Shown: piece by piece, positions 49,989-62,855 of the stretch
Layout of the letters: each line of letters opens with the position of its first letter
Numbering within the stretch: the first letter of the stretch is position 1
Source: Octopus vulgaris
Taxonomy: Eukaryota
Direction of reading: 5' to 3'
Length of the DNA stretch: 64,000 bases
Assembly (NCBI GenBank): GCA_951406725.2
Contig: OX597837.1
Coordinates: 22,940,001-23,004,000, forward strand
The notes under the pieces: model-generated
Database searches by the model: none
Seen by the model: only the letters and a program-made list of their open reading frames with translations
Told to the model about the DNA's origin: nothing
Position numbers and translations under genes: made by a program

Positions 49989-52037
49989 GTATATACATTT
50001 TAAAAGTTATACATTTCATTATCTGAATATCATCGTTAAGCAAGTACAGTTGAATTAAAAAATAATGGAGGGAATGAGAGAATTCAGCACCTGAGGTAGG
50101 GTTGGGGAAATTACACGTATAAAACCAGTAGAGAGGTATAGGAGTTTTTTTAAACCCAATAATCAAGGTAGTGAAGGAGTTCTCATGTTTTGGTTTGATT
50201 TAGCTTCCTCAATGATGAGTACTTTCAGTCATTCTGAGTTAGAACTTTTGTTCTGATATAAAAAGATCAGCAAATACAAAAACAAACATTTGTATACATG
50301 ATATAGTATATGTCATTTTAAGAATTTTATCTTAATAAATATCAAACAGATCCTGCTTTAGAAGTATATAAATTTGAATCTGCTGAATACAATTTAGCTC
50401 TTTCTTCCTGTTTCTGTTGTACCTGTATTTCAAAGGGCCAGCCTTGTCACACTCTGTGTCACAGAAGCTCGCTTCAAAAACACATGGTTCTGGGTCGAGC
50501 CCTTCTATGTGAAATCTTTGTCAAGTGTCTACTATAGTGTCAAGCAGCCAAAGCTTTGCGAGTGGATTTGGTAAATGGAAACAGATAGAAGCCCCTCGTA
50601 TATGTACATATACAAGTATATATTTATGTGTGTCATTGTGTAAGGCTTTATCCCTCTCACCATACATGGTTCTGGGTCGAGCCCTTCTATGTGAAATCTT
50701 TGTCAAGTGTCTACTATAGTGTCAAGCAGCCAAAGCTTTGCGAGTGGAGAATAAATACTAGGCTTACAAAGAATAAGTCCTGGGGTCAATTTCTCTGACT
50801 AAAACCCTTTAAGGTGGTGCTCCAACATGGCCACAGTCAGATGACTGAATCAAGTAAAAGAACAAAAGAATATATTTAGACAGTCTCCAGAAAACTGGAA
50901 AATTCAGAAATCTAGTCCTTAGTTTGTTGGATAATAAGCCCAGTACTGAATTTTGTTCCCAGTTTCATCAATTTTTTATAAATACCTCACTGTCTCAAGC
51001 AATTCAGCATTCAGGTTTCTCTGTCAAATGTAATGCTTATTTATTCATATTGTTTGAAATTAATCCTGCATTACCTTGTGGCTCTGAGATTTCAATGATG
51101 TGATTGCTTGCTTTCAGAAATACATTGTAAGGTATGTGTGAGAGGCTGGATATAGCCAGTTTGAACATAAAACAAGTATTAGGGCCGGATATGGCCAGTT
51201 TAAATACTAAATGGTTAAAGGGTTAGATTTCCTTATAGAAACTAAGATATTCCAGGATAGCCTTGTATTTCTGTAGCAAGGCACTTAGGCTTGTTCTTTC
51301 ATCACAGAATAACCTCTCAACATCTGGCTTAGAATCATTGCCCCCTCCTCCCCCTTTCAAATACTATCCAGCTCCCATTCAGTTGAGGTTTTTCTGCCAC
51401 CTTTTTTTTTGTTTTTTTCCTTCTTCAAGTTCTTTTCTTTCTTACTTGTTTTACAAGTTACTTGGCAATCTCATAAGAGTTGGTGGCATGAGAAAAAAAA
51501 AAGCAACCAGTATACTCTGTAAAGTGGTTGGTGTTATGAAAGGCAACAAGCTGTAGAAACCATGCCAAAACTGACATGGCCCCATGGCTCACCAGATCCT
51601 GTCAAACCACTCAACCCATGCCAGCATGGAAAAGAAACATTAAGTGCTGATAAATTATGATGTACTTGAAACAACATTATACTGGTTTCAAATTTTTGTA
51701 CAAAGCCAGCAATTTCAAGGGCAGGGGTTTAGTTGATTACATCAACCCCAGTGCTCAACTGGTACTTATTTTATCAACCACCAAAAAAATGAAGGGCAAA
51801 GTCAACCTCGGTGGAATCTGAACTCAGAAAGTAAGTATAGATAAAATGCTGTTAGGTATTTTGTCTGGCATGCTAATGATTCTGCCAGCTTACCATAATG
51901 ATGTATAAAACAATCCCATCACTCACAACGAGCATAGGTATAAGTCTATTACATCGACCCCAGTGCTCTATACGACGAAAGGATGAAGGCAACTGACGGC
52001 GTGCTACGTAGAGACATACCGTAAGACAGTGCTAAGT

Positions 52038-52104
<67 letters not shown>

Positions 52105-53164
52105 ACAGTGTTAGCTGTCATATTTTGTCACAGAGAAATTTCACTGAAGACATTCAGAATAACTTTAGACACCAGTAATGGCATATCAACTAGAATAATT
52201 ATACCTGGCAATAACTAAGGGCAATTCACCTCTTGACCATTCCCTGGCAATGAGACTTGACCATTCCCTGGCAATGAGAGTGACATATCTAGGAAGTTGT
52301 ACGATCTGAGCTGATGAATGGATTAAATGTAGACAAGTAATTAGTGACCTCAGGATAACAGCTAGAAGTATTCAGAAGCAGAAGAACATAAGGAAGAAAG
52401 GATGCAAGCAAAATGATCCTGCTACTGCAAGTAACTTCCAAGAAGGTATCTTCAAGGTGTGGCTGAGTGGTAAAAAGCTTGCTTCCAAACCATGTGGTCT
52501 TGGGTTCAGTCCCACTGCACAGCGCCTTAGGCAAGTGTTTTTCACTATAGCCACAAGCTGACCAAAACCTTGTGAGCAGATTTGGCAGACAGAAACTGAA
52601 AGAATCCTGTCATATATATATGTATATACACACACACACACACACATATATGTATATATATATATATATATTTAAAACATTACTTTATATAATTTCCCAG
52701 AGGAAATAGCTAAATTCTTTAGCTGCTATTTCTAAAAGTTCAGTGTGTGGTAAAGTAAATTTTTTTGTTGAACCCTAATTATATATAGTAATGTTTTAAA
52801 TATACTGTAAATGGTCTTTTTACATGCTGAACACTGCTTGGTAAAATTATTAATTACTAATTAATTAATTTTACCCTTATCATTATTGATTATATATATA
52901 TATATATATATGTGTGTGTTTGTGTTTGTTGCTCACTACTGCTTGACTACCAGTGTTGGTTTCTTGAGAGCCCCATAATTTATTGGTTCAGTAAAAATAG
53001 ACTGAAAGAACAAGTACCAGGCTTAAAAAGGCAAGTACAAGGGTTTGTTAGTTTGACTATATCCTTCATGGCAGTGCTCCAGCATGGCAGTATTCCAATG
53101 ACTGAAACAATGAAAAGATAAAAGATCTGTGGTAAAAAGACAGAATTAGGGGACTCTGATATAG

Positions 53165-53456
53165 ATAGCTGCTGTGAGCTACAGACAAGGGTTGTAGGTG
53201 AAACAAGGTCTTCACAATGCAGACAGGTGAAGCTTGCTGCTTGTCTGCTTTGAGCTTTTGCTTGATGGGGCCAGGGTCATCCCAGGTTAGTGGTCACAGA
53301 AACATCATCACATGCTGAGCTGACCAGGTCCACCAGTGCTCTCCATTGCTCAAGCCAGTTCTTCTGCATTCTCTAAGCAGACATTGAGCTTCTGGAGATC
53401 TACATCAATCACAGCCGGCCATCTGGTGCAGGGCTTGCTATGAGGCCTGTTCCAGC
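53165..53456 (-). mobile_element. RTE LINE 3' remnant
   Basis: WNRPHSKPCTRWPAVIDVDLQKLNVCLENAEELA / WRALVDLV resembles WKRPRGRP..RW...WRALV. Confidence 0.6.
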
Positions 53457-53923
53457 CCCCAGCTGATTGAGCAGGCCTATGACCAAAAGTATTCCAGCCT
53501 TAAATATCCTTCCTTTTTATTGATAGGCATAGGAAACCTAGGCACATATGATGCAATGTTTTCTTTACTAAGAAAGTAAAATGCAATTCAATGAAGGCTT
53601 GGTTACTATTTCTCACAGGCTGAGCCCACATGAAGGCTCCCTCTTTGGGTCTGAGTAGTTGGAAACGACAACAGATCAATCACTGATGAGGTCAAAAGTG
53701 TTACCTTGGTCAGGACAGACTGTAATATTTTCATAGATACCCATTCAATAGATCTATGTTTCCTTAGATACACGTTCAATAGATCTATGTGAAGAGAGAA
53801 ATCTTAATGTGTTTGGTGAGGCTGAGTGCAAGATCTGGATCACATTGTTTCAAAGTGATGGAAGTGACAGTGTAGAGGTTGGATTGCTGGGTCAGAATGA
53901 TAGGGAATTCTTTTTCCTTTATA

Positions 53924-54142
53924 TAGGGGGGCAGTGAAAAGTTCCTGGTTTTGTGTAAAAGAAAATACAGGAAGATCAGTTAATTATGAATTTATTCAAC
54001 ATATTCCCCTCTCAAATTCACACACTTATTGCAGTGTTCCTTCAGTTTTCCTAAGCCCTATAAAAGAAGTTGGAAGGTTGAGCCGTCAACTAGGCCTTTT
54101 GTGATATCCTTAAAACCAGGAACTTTTCAGAACTCCGTTGTA
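53924..54142. mobile_element. mariner-derived MITE (TA ends)
   Basis: tgaaaagttcctggtttt ... aaaaccaggaacttttca TIRs; internal tttattcaacatattcccctc transposase-end remnant. Confidence 0.75.
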
Positions 54143-54760
54143 TAGTTGGGGTAGTATTGATTGAGGAGCCTTTGTGCCAGTTGAGAGGTTAAGCTATAAC
54201 TGAAGGAAAGAAATAGGGGTCATGCTAGAGAGGAGATACTTGGCCACTCCAGTTGGCAAAGAAAGGAAAGAAAAAGAGATAAAGTTAGCAGGATAGGCAA
54301 GGAAGAGATGTGTTGAAACATACCAACATTGGTGGAGATGATTTGGGACCTGGTTGTAATTTGGGATGTGATAGAGCTTGCAGGCAGGCCATTCACTATA
54401 CACCTCAACATGAAGCTGTAATATACTACAGATAGTAAGTAACTGCTTGATACTGTAAGCATGCATGACTTGGTAGCATGTACCATGCTTTCACTAAACG
54501 TTTTAGGTGCCCGTATAATCTACAAGTGACAAACAGGTTCCCAGCACTTTCACCTTTGACCTAGCAGAACATGTAGAATGTGACTGCTGGAGAAATGAAA
54601 AGAGCATTGCATCAGTATTAGGTCAATCCTTCTTTGTATTTTTATTGTTCTTGAATGGATGATGATAACGTGGAGCTTGGTGGAATTTGAACCTAAGAGA
54701 GCCAAGACAAATATCATAATGCAATTTATCCAATGCTCTAATGACTACCAATTCATCACT

Positions 54761-54988
54761 TTAACCCTTTCGTTACCAACCCGGCTGAAACCGGCTCTGG
54801 TTCTGTGTACAAATGTCTTGTTTTCATAAGTTTTGAATTAAAATCTTCCACCAAACCTTAGTCACAATTTATGTTCCTAATACTAGCTTAATGATAACTA
54901 AGTTATTTTACTAAACTCTTTGTTATATTTAAAGTAATTGAAAGAAACACAGAGCACCTCAAAATAAATTCAGTAATGAAAGGGTTAA
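54761..54988. mobile_element. piggyBac-like MITE with TTAA TSD (inverted sister of 42964-43192)
   Basis: ttaa-ccctttcgttacc...gtaatgaaaggg-ttaa. Confidence 0.85.
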
Positions 54989-55435
54989 ACAGTAATATAC
55001 TGAGGTTGATTCAATCACCTATGAAAAATGCCATCCTCATTCTCTAATTTCTTGTGTTGATGACTACTAGAAAAAACGGTGTTTCCATCAGCTTGAAGGA
55101 GTCCATTAAACTCCAAGCACTGAAACACAGCAGGAAAACTGCAGACACAACAAAGCAAACCAGATGAAATGATTTACCCACGAAGTGGACCCCTTATCAA
55201 GACCATAACATTCCCACCCTCACATCCACCACTCACTCAATAACACACCTTCAGCTATTAAATATCGGCCAAGAGCCTGTTCTAAAGAAATCAATATGTT
55301 ACATCTAACCAGCAACATTTAATATCTAAAGATGTTTTATTTATTCTTATTATACGACAGTAAACCAGTTTAAATAAATAATTATATACTATCTTCGAGC
55401 GAGATAGTATTAGTTAGTTAAGTAGTAGTGAACTT

Positions 55436-55482
<47 letters not shown>

Positions 55483-55771
55483 CAGCCAGAGATGAAACAA
55501 GTTAATTGGGCTTTAAGTACTTTTAGTTGACAGCCAGTCCAATCTTTGTTTTTACTCACACTTGTCAACATTTGACTGACAATGTGTATGCATGTTCTAT
55601 GTGTGACAATGTGCACATTCACACTTCATTGAAAGGCAAACTAAGTTATGATAATTAAAATTCTAAATGATAATCATTTATTTTCCACAGGGATGAAAGA
55701 ACTAGAACATAATAGGATATGAAAATTTTATTCATGTAAACATATTTAAGTCGTTATTCAAATACAGAAAT

Positions 55772-56162
55772 ATACTCTTTTACTTGTTTCAGTCATTTGA
55801 CTGCGGCCATGTTGGAGCACCGCCTTTAGTCGAGCAAATCGACCCCGGGACTTATTCTTTGTAAGCCTAGTACTTATTCTATCGGTCTCTTTTGCCAAAC
55901 CGCTAAGTAACGGGGACGTAAACACACCAATGTCAAGCAATGCTAGAGGGACAAACACAGACAAATATATACACACACATACACATATATATATACATAT
56001 ATACGACAGGCTTCTTTCAGTTTCCGTCTACCAAATCCACTCACAAGGCTTTGGTCGGCCCGAGGCTATAGCAGAAGATGCCCAAGATGCCATGCAGTGG
56101 GACTGAACCCGAAACCATGTGGTTGGTTAGCAAGCTACTTACCACACAGCCACTCCTGCGCC
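55772..56162 (-). mobile_element. Young family-A SINE
   Basis: Near-consensus. Confidence 0.88.
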
Positions 56163-56845
56163 TTCAAAGATTTAAATATGTAAACTATATATTAATATGT
56201 CTCTATTATATTTGTATTACAAACTGTATATTTATATATAAAAATGTAATATGAGGGCAGGTGTGGCTGTGTGGTAAGAAGTTTGCTTCCCGATCACATG
56301 GTTCCAGGTTCAGTCTCACTCCGTGGCGCCTTGGCCAAAGTGTTGTCTACTATTGTCCCAGGATGATCAGAGCCTTGTGAGTGGATTTAGTAGACATAAA
56401 ATAATTTATTCGATTAAATCTCTCAAAGTGATGCCCCAGCATGGCCACAGTCAAAGAACTGACAATAAGACTATTACAGATCAATGCTATCTACATAAAG
56501 ATATGTACAGTATGTTGTTTTTTGTTAAAGTATGTGTTTGTGTGTGTGTGTGTGAGAGAGAGAGGGATAGAGAGAGAGTTCATACATCATTACTTCAAAG
56601 ATTTAAAGTCTTCAGCCGATATGGACGGCAACAGCTCGATATAATGTATTTTTATGGGACCTTTCTTTAACGAGATGGTTGCAGTGGTAGTGGTGGTAGT
56701 GTTGGTGTGTATGTGTGCATGTGTGCGGGTGGTGGGGTTATTGAATTATATTAAATATATAAAACTCTTGCATGAGGAAAATCAATATAAAGTCAAAACC
56801 TGTTCTTTCTATGATGACTTACTTGTAGAAGTTAATTAAAATAAG

Positions 56846-56880
<35 letters not shown>

Positions 56881-56892
56881 GATAGACACATC

Positions 56893-56934
<42 letters not shown>

Positions 56935-56949
56935 CATACATACATACAC

Positions 56950-56998
<49 letters not shown>

Positions 56999-58094
56999 CA
57001 CACACACTTATTCATACATACATACATACGTGCGTATACATAAAGTAGTAGGTAAAGAAACAACTCTTAAGACTTCATCACACAGTGGAAATAACGTTTT
57101 TCAGAAAATTCTTAAAAAGCTGAAGATCAATAAGAGTTGACAATGAATTTTCCTTACAATTTTTACATTACAAAAAAAAAAAAAAATGTATATAAAAAAT
57201 AAAAGGGACAAATTCATTTACCATATTTATTTTGAGATATTTTTTTTTTATATCTCAGAGTTGGCTTCACAATCAATTAAGTCTATTTTTCTAGATAAAG
57301 ATCTATTTTAATAAATGTTAGATTCTTAAAACAAAATTACCAATATATAAGAGAAAAAAATTTTTTAAAAACTCAGCTACAATTTTATGGAGAATAATCT
57401 ACTGCTGTTAGTTTTCCTGGCCACTAACTAGTGCTTAATGCTTTAACAAGAACATCAAAGAGAGATTTTTTTTCTATTTACTGCATTTTTTTCCAATTTT
57501 ACTATTTCAAGATACATTTGTTCTCTAGTATGAAAGCTATTCACTTACAAGGAACAAATTTATAATTTGTCATGAAAATAAATTTTTAGAGGTATTCTTA
57601 TTTTCATCTTTGGTTCTTATTAACATTTCAAAATAATTACATGAAGCAAATAATTATTTTATTTTTATAGATTAATTAGTATGGGATAACACTTATCTCG
57701 AGTACACTCATTCGATAACAAAAATGTCAAACAAAACAAACAAACAAAAAAAAAACTTCCCATCGTCAGTTTATATTTGCAAATTTTATAATTAAATGTG
57801 ATTTAATAACGAATTTCAATCAAATCGATTAAGAACTCATGTCATTGTGTTTAGGAGACAAATTTTTTTTCACTCATTTAAAATGTGTGGTGAATAACAA
57901 GTATGGTAAGAGTATAAAGCTTTGCTATCAATGTGAGAAAGGCCTAGATCTAGATTTTACAAAAATCCTGAAATCGGCTTGGAATAAGGAAATCCTGTTA
58001 GGTGAGAAAAAACACAAGTAGGATTGGAGGGATTATATTAAACTGTATAATATGGTTTTTGTCCTAGGGTAACAACTGTTATTTCCTATTTACG

Positions 58095-58484
58095 TACTCT
58101 TTACTCTTTTACTTGTTTCAGTCATTTGATTGCGGCCATGCTGGAGCACCGCTTTTAATCGAGCAACTCGACCCCGGGACTTATTCTTTTGTAAGCCCAG
58201 TACTTATTCTATTGGTCTCTTTTGCCGAACCGCTAGGTAACGGGGACATAAACACACCAGCATCGGTTGTCAAGCAATGCTAGGGGGACAAACACACACA
58301 AGCATATACATACATATATACGATGGGCTTCTTTCAGTTTCTGTCTACCAGATCCACTCACAAGGCTTTGGTCAGCCCGAGGCTATTGTAGAAGACACTT
58401 GCCCAAGGTGCCACACAGTGGGACTGAACCCGGAACCATGTGGTTGGTAAACAAGCTACTTACCACACAACCACTCCTGCGCCC
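58095..58484 (-). mobile_element. Young family-A SINE
   Basis: Near-consensus. Confidence 0.88.
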
Positions 58485-58928
58485 TTAGAAAGTATGAAAA
58501 ATGACTACTATTTCCTTCAAATTTTGCTTTAGCTACATTTATTCAAAACCTCAATGAGTTCCTCTCAAAACATGGTTATTATGCTTCCCCACTACTCCTG
58601 CTCATGGTCAGATATGCACTTATTGTCAACCACTAAAGGATATACTCAAGTGGTTAAAATCAAGCAATTGACAAGCAAATATGTGGTATTGAACAGAATA
58701 TTTGCTACAGAAACTTAGCACTGAATTTGTCTCAAGTGTAATGGAAATTAGGTCAGTTTCAAAACATTGGCGTTCAGGTCACAAAAGCAAAGTTTGATGG
58801 GAATGGTAGTGATTTCCTTTGATTTCTAGATAGAAGCAAATAGGAAATAACACTTACAAAAAGAATTAAAATTCTGTAACAAAAAAATTATTGATTAAAC
58901 CATATGATATCATCATTATCATTTAACG

Positions 58929-59439
58929 CAGGGGTCACCAAACTTTTTCTGCGGCAGGCCAGAGAATGATGAGCATGGGCTGCATTACCATTTTGTTCAA
59001 TACAATACAGTGAACACCCAAAAAATAAAGACAACCAACATATCTATTTACCAATGAGTTATCAAAGAAGGTGACATTAGCAATAAGATAGTTATATCAC
59101 AGCCAGTGTGCACATACCCGAATTTCACAAACTAAGCAGCAAAAAAGGTTAGTGAGATTTGTGAAACTGGTGTTTAGCTTTTAAGATATCATCAAGATTT
59201 GCTTAGGAATTACTGCATCCAACCAAGAGAATTGCTTCCAAATGTTCACCAGTCAACCTTGTTCGATGAGCTGACTTCACATTCTTCACTTGTGAAAATG
59301 TTTGCTCACAGACATAAGTTGTTCCAAACACTGCTGCCATATCAGAAGGAAATGAACTCTCATTGTAGGTACTTATATAAACGGTATAATGCGGTGGCAG
59401 GCTAGATCTGGCCTGTGGTCTGTATTTTGGTGACCTCTG
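58929..59439 (-). mobile_element. Internally deleted hAT (Charlie/SPIN/GTF2IRD2-like) transposon nested in a family-C repeat
   Basis: TIRs caggggtcaccaaa / tttggtgacctctg; 8-bp TSD atttaacg/atttaatg; hATC remnant MAAVFGTTYVCEQTFSQVKNVKSAHRTRLTGEHLEAIL. Confidence 0.9.
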
Positions 59440-60564
59440 ATTTAATGTTCTCCATGCTGGTATGAGTCGCACAGTTTGACAAGAGTTGACAAGACTATGC
59501 CACCAAGTTTTATTGTTTGTTTTGGTATGGTTTCTATGATTGGATCCCCTTCCTAACATTGACCACTTTACAGAGCATTCAGATTGCATTTTTCATGGCA
59601 CAATCAGCAGGGGCGTCACCAAGTAACTTGCAAGAAAAGACAAAGTGACTCTCGACCGGCGGGGGGAAGGAAGGGGGAGAGTAGTATCGAGGGAGGCGGC
59701 TTTGAGCCAGTTGATAAGAGGTTAAAAGAATAGTAGAGGAATAGATACAGGTGTCTTGCTGTAGAAGAGATACAAGGATACTCCGGTTAGAGAAAAAAGA
59801 GAGAGAGAGAGATGTGGTGGCTGTGTGCCAGTATATACTCTCAAGGCACAGTGTGAGAGAATATAGGTGACAAAAAGAACAAACATTCAGAAACACATAC
59901 ATGACAAGCTACTTTCAGTTTCTGTTTACCAAATTCACTCACAAGGCCTTTGTTGACCCAGGGCTATAGTAGTAGACACTTGCCCAAGGTGCCACATAGT
60001 GAGACTCAACCTAAAATCATGGTTAGGAAGCAAACTTCTTACCACACAATCATATATTCAGCCACACCTCTGCCTACTCTGCAAATCTTTTAGATAATAC
60101 TTTAATTAATAAAACAATAAATTAAAGACTATTGCTTACTTAGGACAAAGTTATTTGTCCCACTTTGAAATTTTCCCAACCCCAGAAGTTTCTAGACAAT
60201 GTCAAATACAAAACAAAAGGTATACAAATATTAATTAGTTTTTATCAAGTGTGACATATCAAATCAATTGCTTAGAGTTTTAACGAGTCATTAGTGTGTC
60301 ATTGCTATTGGAGGATACAGAAGTTGTGGTGTTCAAGCTTTTCTTGGAGAGTACTTTGTAACACACCATCCACCAATCAAGACTTATGAACTGTTACTGT
60401 TGATGTATGAAGATATGGTACGTTCAACAATGGAGATTCTGCTCTAGTTTTGAAGGGGGTTTATCTAAGAGATTTATTTGAAAGAATCTGTCTCCCATAC
60501 AAAGATACCCACTTTGCGTGTGTGGGCATGGCTACATGGTTCAGAAGTTCACTTCACACCCAAG

Positions 60565-60626
60565 GTCCAAAAGATATGAAAGTGGTAAAGATGATAGAGT
60601 TGACAGTTCCCTGGGAAGAAAACATG
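60565..60626 (+). mobile_element. Tiny HERO/NeSL-like RLE-domain fragment
   Basis: VVKMIELTVPWEENM (ELTVPWE motif). Confidence 0.55.
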
Positions 60627-60627
60627 G

Positions 60628-61013
60628 GCCCCAGGACTTACTCTTTGTAAGCCTAGTACTTATTCTATCACTCTCTTTTGCTGAACTGCTAAGTTACAGC
60701 GATGTACACACACCAGCATCAGTTGTCAAGCGATGTTGGAGGGACAAACACAGATACACAAACACACATTAAGTTAGACATGGCCTGGACCAATCTTTGA
60801 TTGAAGCATATCAAAGTTTTATCTATATATATATATATATATGGATATACGATGGGCTTCTTTCAGTTTCTGTCTACCAGATCTACTCACAAAGCTTTGG
60901 TCGGCCTGAGGCTATAGTAGAAGACACTTGCCCGAGATGCCATGCAATTGTACTGGACCCGGAACCATGTGGTTGGTAAGCAAGCTACTTACCACACAGC
61001 CACTCCTGCACCT
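60628..61013 (-). mobile_element. Family-A SINE (3'-truncated, small internal insert)
   Basis: Consensus match. Confidence 0.85.
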
Positions 61014-61543
61014 ATAGTTAATTATCCCCAGTTTAGTCCTGATTTGGCAAACTTTTCATCAAAAATATTTCAGTTGTGATCATTTGTCATTTCATTTCAA
61101 CGTATCTAAGACTAAACTACGAAGAGTTTCCTTCTTTTTACACAGAGATTTAGCTGCTATTTCAATGTGAGACTTCATTACAAATCCTGGTTAACATGAC
61201 TACTGCTGCCACCAGCTATGATACAACAACAGCTAAGAAAGAACCGAACAACATATTTATTTAGAACTGCGAATAAATAAATACAATTTTGCATAATTTT
61301 CAAGAAGTGATATTCTAAAAATGACATCATACATCAGAGGAAGGAGCCATAATTACATAATTAACATGTAATAAATGAGAGAAGAGGGAAAAATAAGACA
61401 GTCCTCTATAAATAAAAATTAATATAATGTCTTCTTACAGATTCATTAAAAAAAATTAACTTAACAAAAAAAAAATTGGTGATAAGTGTTAACAGAAGCA
61501 TAATGTGTTATTTAAAATCTTTTATTAGTGGAGTAGGAGAAAT

Positions 61544-61890
61544 TATATATATATATGTATGTATGTATGTATGTGTATATATGTATGTATGTATATATAT
61601 ATATATGTGTGTGTGTGTATAAAATATATAAGTATATATATATATGTGTATATATATATATATATGCATATATATGTATATATATATGTGTATATATATG
61701 TGCATATATGTGTAAATGTATATAATATATATATATATGTGTGTGTGTATAAATATATAAGTATATATATATATATATGTGTATATATATATATGCATAT
61801 ATGTATATATATATGTGTATATATATGTGCATATATGTGTAAATGTATATAATATATATATATATATATATATATGCATATGTGTAAATG

Positions 61891-61922
<32 letters not shown>

Positions 61923-62005
61923 GTGCATATAATATATATGTGTAAATGTATATAAGTTATATGTATGTATATAATATACATACACACACACATATATATA
62001 TGTAT
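61544..62005. repeat. Complex TA/TG-rich minisatellite about 100 bp into the intron from the tomosyn donor
   Basis: Read directly; it is the source of the I/Y-rich spurious ORFs. Confidence 0.9.
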
Positions 62006-62110
62006 GAATGTATCTGTCGATCTATGATATACATAAATGTAATTTAAAGTACTCCATATATATAAATGTGTATATATGCATATAGAAGTAAATATATATC
62101 AGTCACTCAC

Positions 62111-62211
62111 CGTTCTTTCATAAATTTCAAGGTGTGTACAATATCTGGCCTTTTTTGTCGGTAATTCCATAGATGTAAGGTATCATCAGAACAAACTGTT
62201 ACCAATGCACC
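62111..62211 (-). CDS. STXBP5: Internal coding exon of tomosyn / syntaxin-binding protein 5 (N-terminal WD40 region), phase 0 to phase 2
   Basis: Minus strand reads pyrimidine-rich ...ttcaatttccatttgaaatttcag|GGTGCATTG...AAAGAACG|gtgagt; 101 nt = 33 codons + 2. The translation GALVTVCSDDTLHLWNYRQKRPDIVHTLKFMKE(R) matches my recollection of human STXBP5 GALVSALADDTLHLWNLRQKRPAILHSLKFCRER. Confidence 0.93.
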
Positions 62212-62550
62212 CTGAAATTTCAAATGGAAATTGAAGGGAATCATAATTATCGTTTAGAAATAAACGCAAAACAAATGTAAAATAAAATTAATTAATAAAT
62301 GTAGAAGAAAAGTGTTATGAATAGATCTTATTTTAAATGTGTTTTTTTTTTGCCGTTGAATGGTTGAATCTTGGAGGAAGCGGGTGTTGAGTGCTTAGAG
62401 CTCCTATGTAGCAGAAGAAGAAGAAGAGGGCGGTTGGTTGGCTGGCTGGTTTTCGGTATTTTTGAAAGACCAAAAGTTTAATTACATGTAATAAAGCAGG
62501 AACAGAGAGATGTAAATTGAAAAAGGAGGCTGGAAAGGTTGTGTGTAATC

Positions 62551-62596
<46 letters not shown>

Positions 62597-62855
62597 GGAG
62601 AAAGAAAGAGAGTGAGTAGTAAGATGGTATAAACAACAGTTCCAAATGAATACCGGAATGAAATCAAGAGATATAGAGTAAATAAACATGGTCAAAGAGG
62701 ACATAGTCTTCAGCATGGCCTGAAGAATAGAAATCATTGGCAAAAAGAAATATTTTGCTATTGTTTAGCCCAAGGCTAGGTCTTATTGAGTAAGTCCATA
62801 ATCAAAGACGTTGCACCCAAACTATGCCATCTTTTTATTCAGACAAACTATATAT

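Larger units (their letters stand above)
1..62110 (-). other. STXBP5: Large intron of the tomosyn gene (continues past the window start)
   Basis: GT donor at 62110-62105. The expected next exon (..CHLPFQSKWLY.GTE.GN..WNKAIE) was not found when I scanned the minus strand by eye for KWL and WNK codon patterns. Confidence 0.7.

Noticed and set aside
50482-50748. ~85-bp direct repeat, and short tandem duplications at 52233-52279 and 53734-53790
   Set aside because: Ordinary local duplications with no sign of function.
55439-55481. Long poly(A) as the tail of a processed pseudogene
   Set aside because: No recognisable upstream ORF or TSD; treated as a simple homopolymer.
61508-61993. ~160-aa I/Y-rich ORFs, and likewise 22286-22760
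   Set aside because: They are (TA)n and (GATA)n read-throughs.
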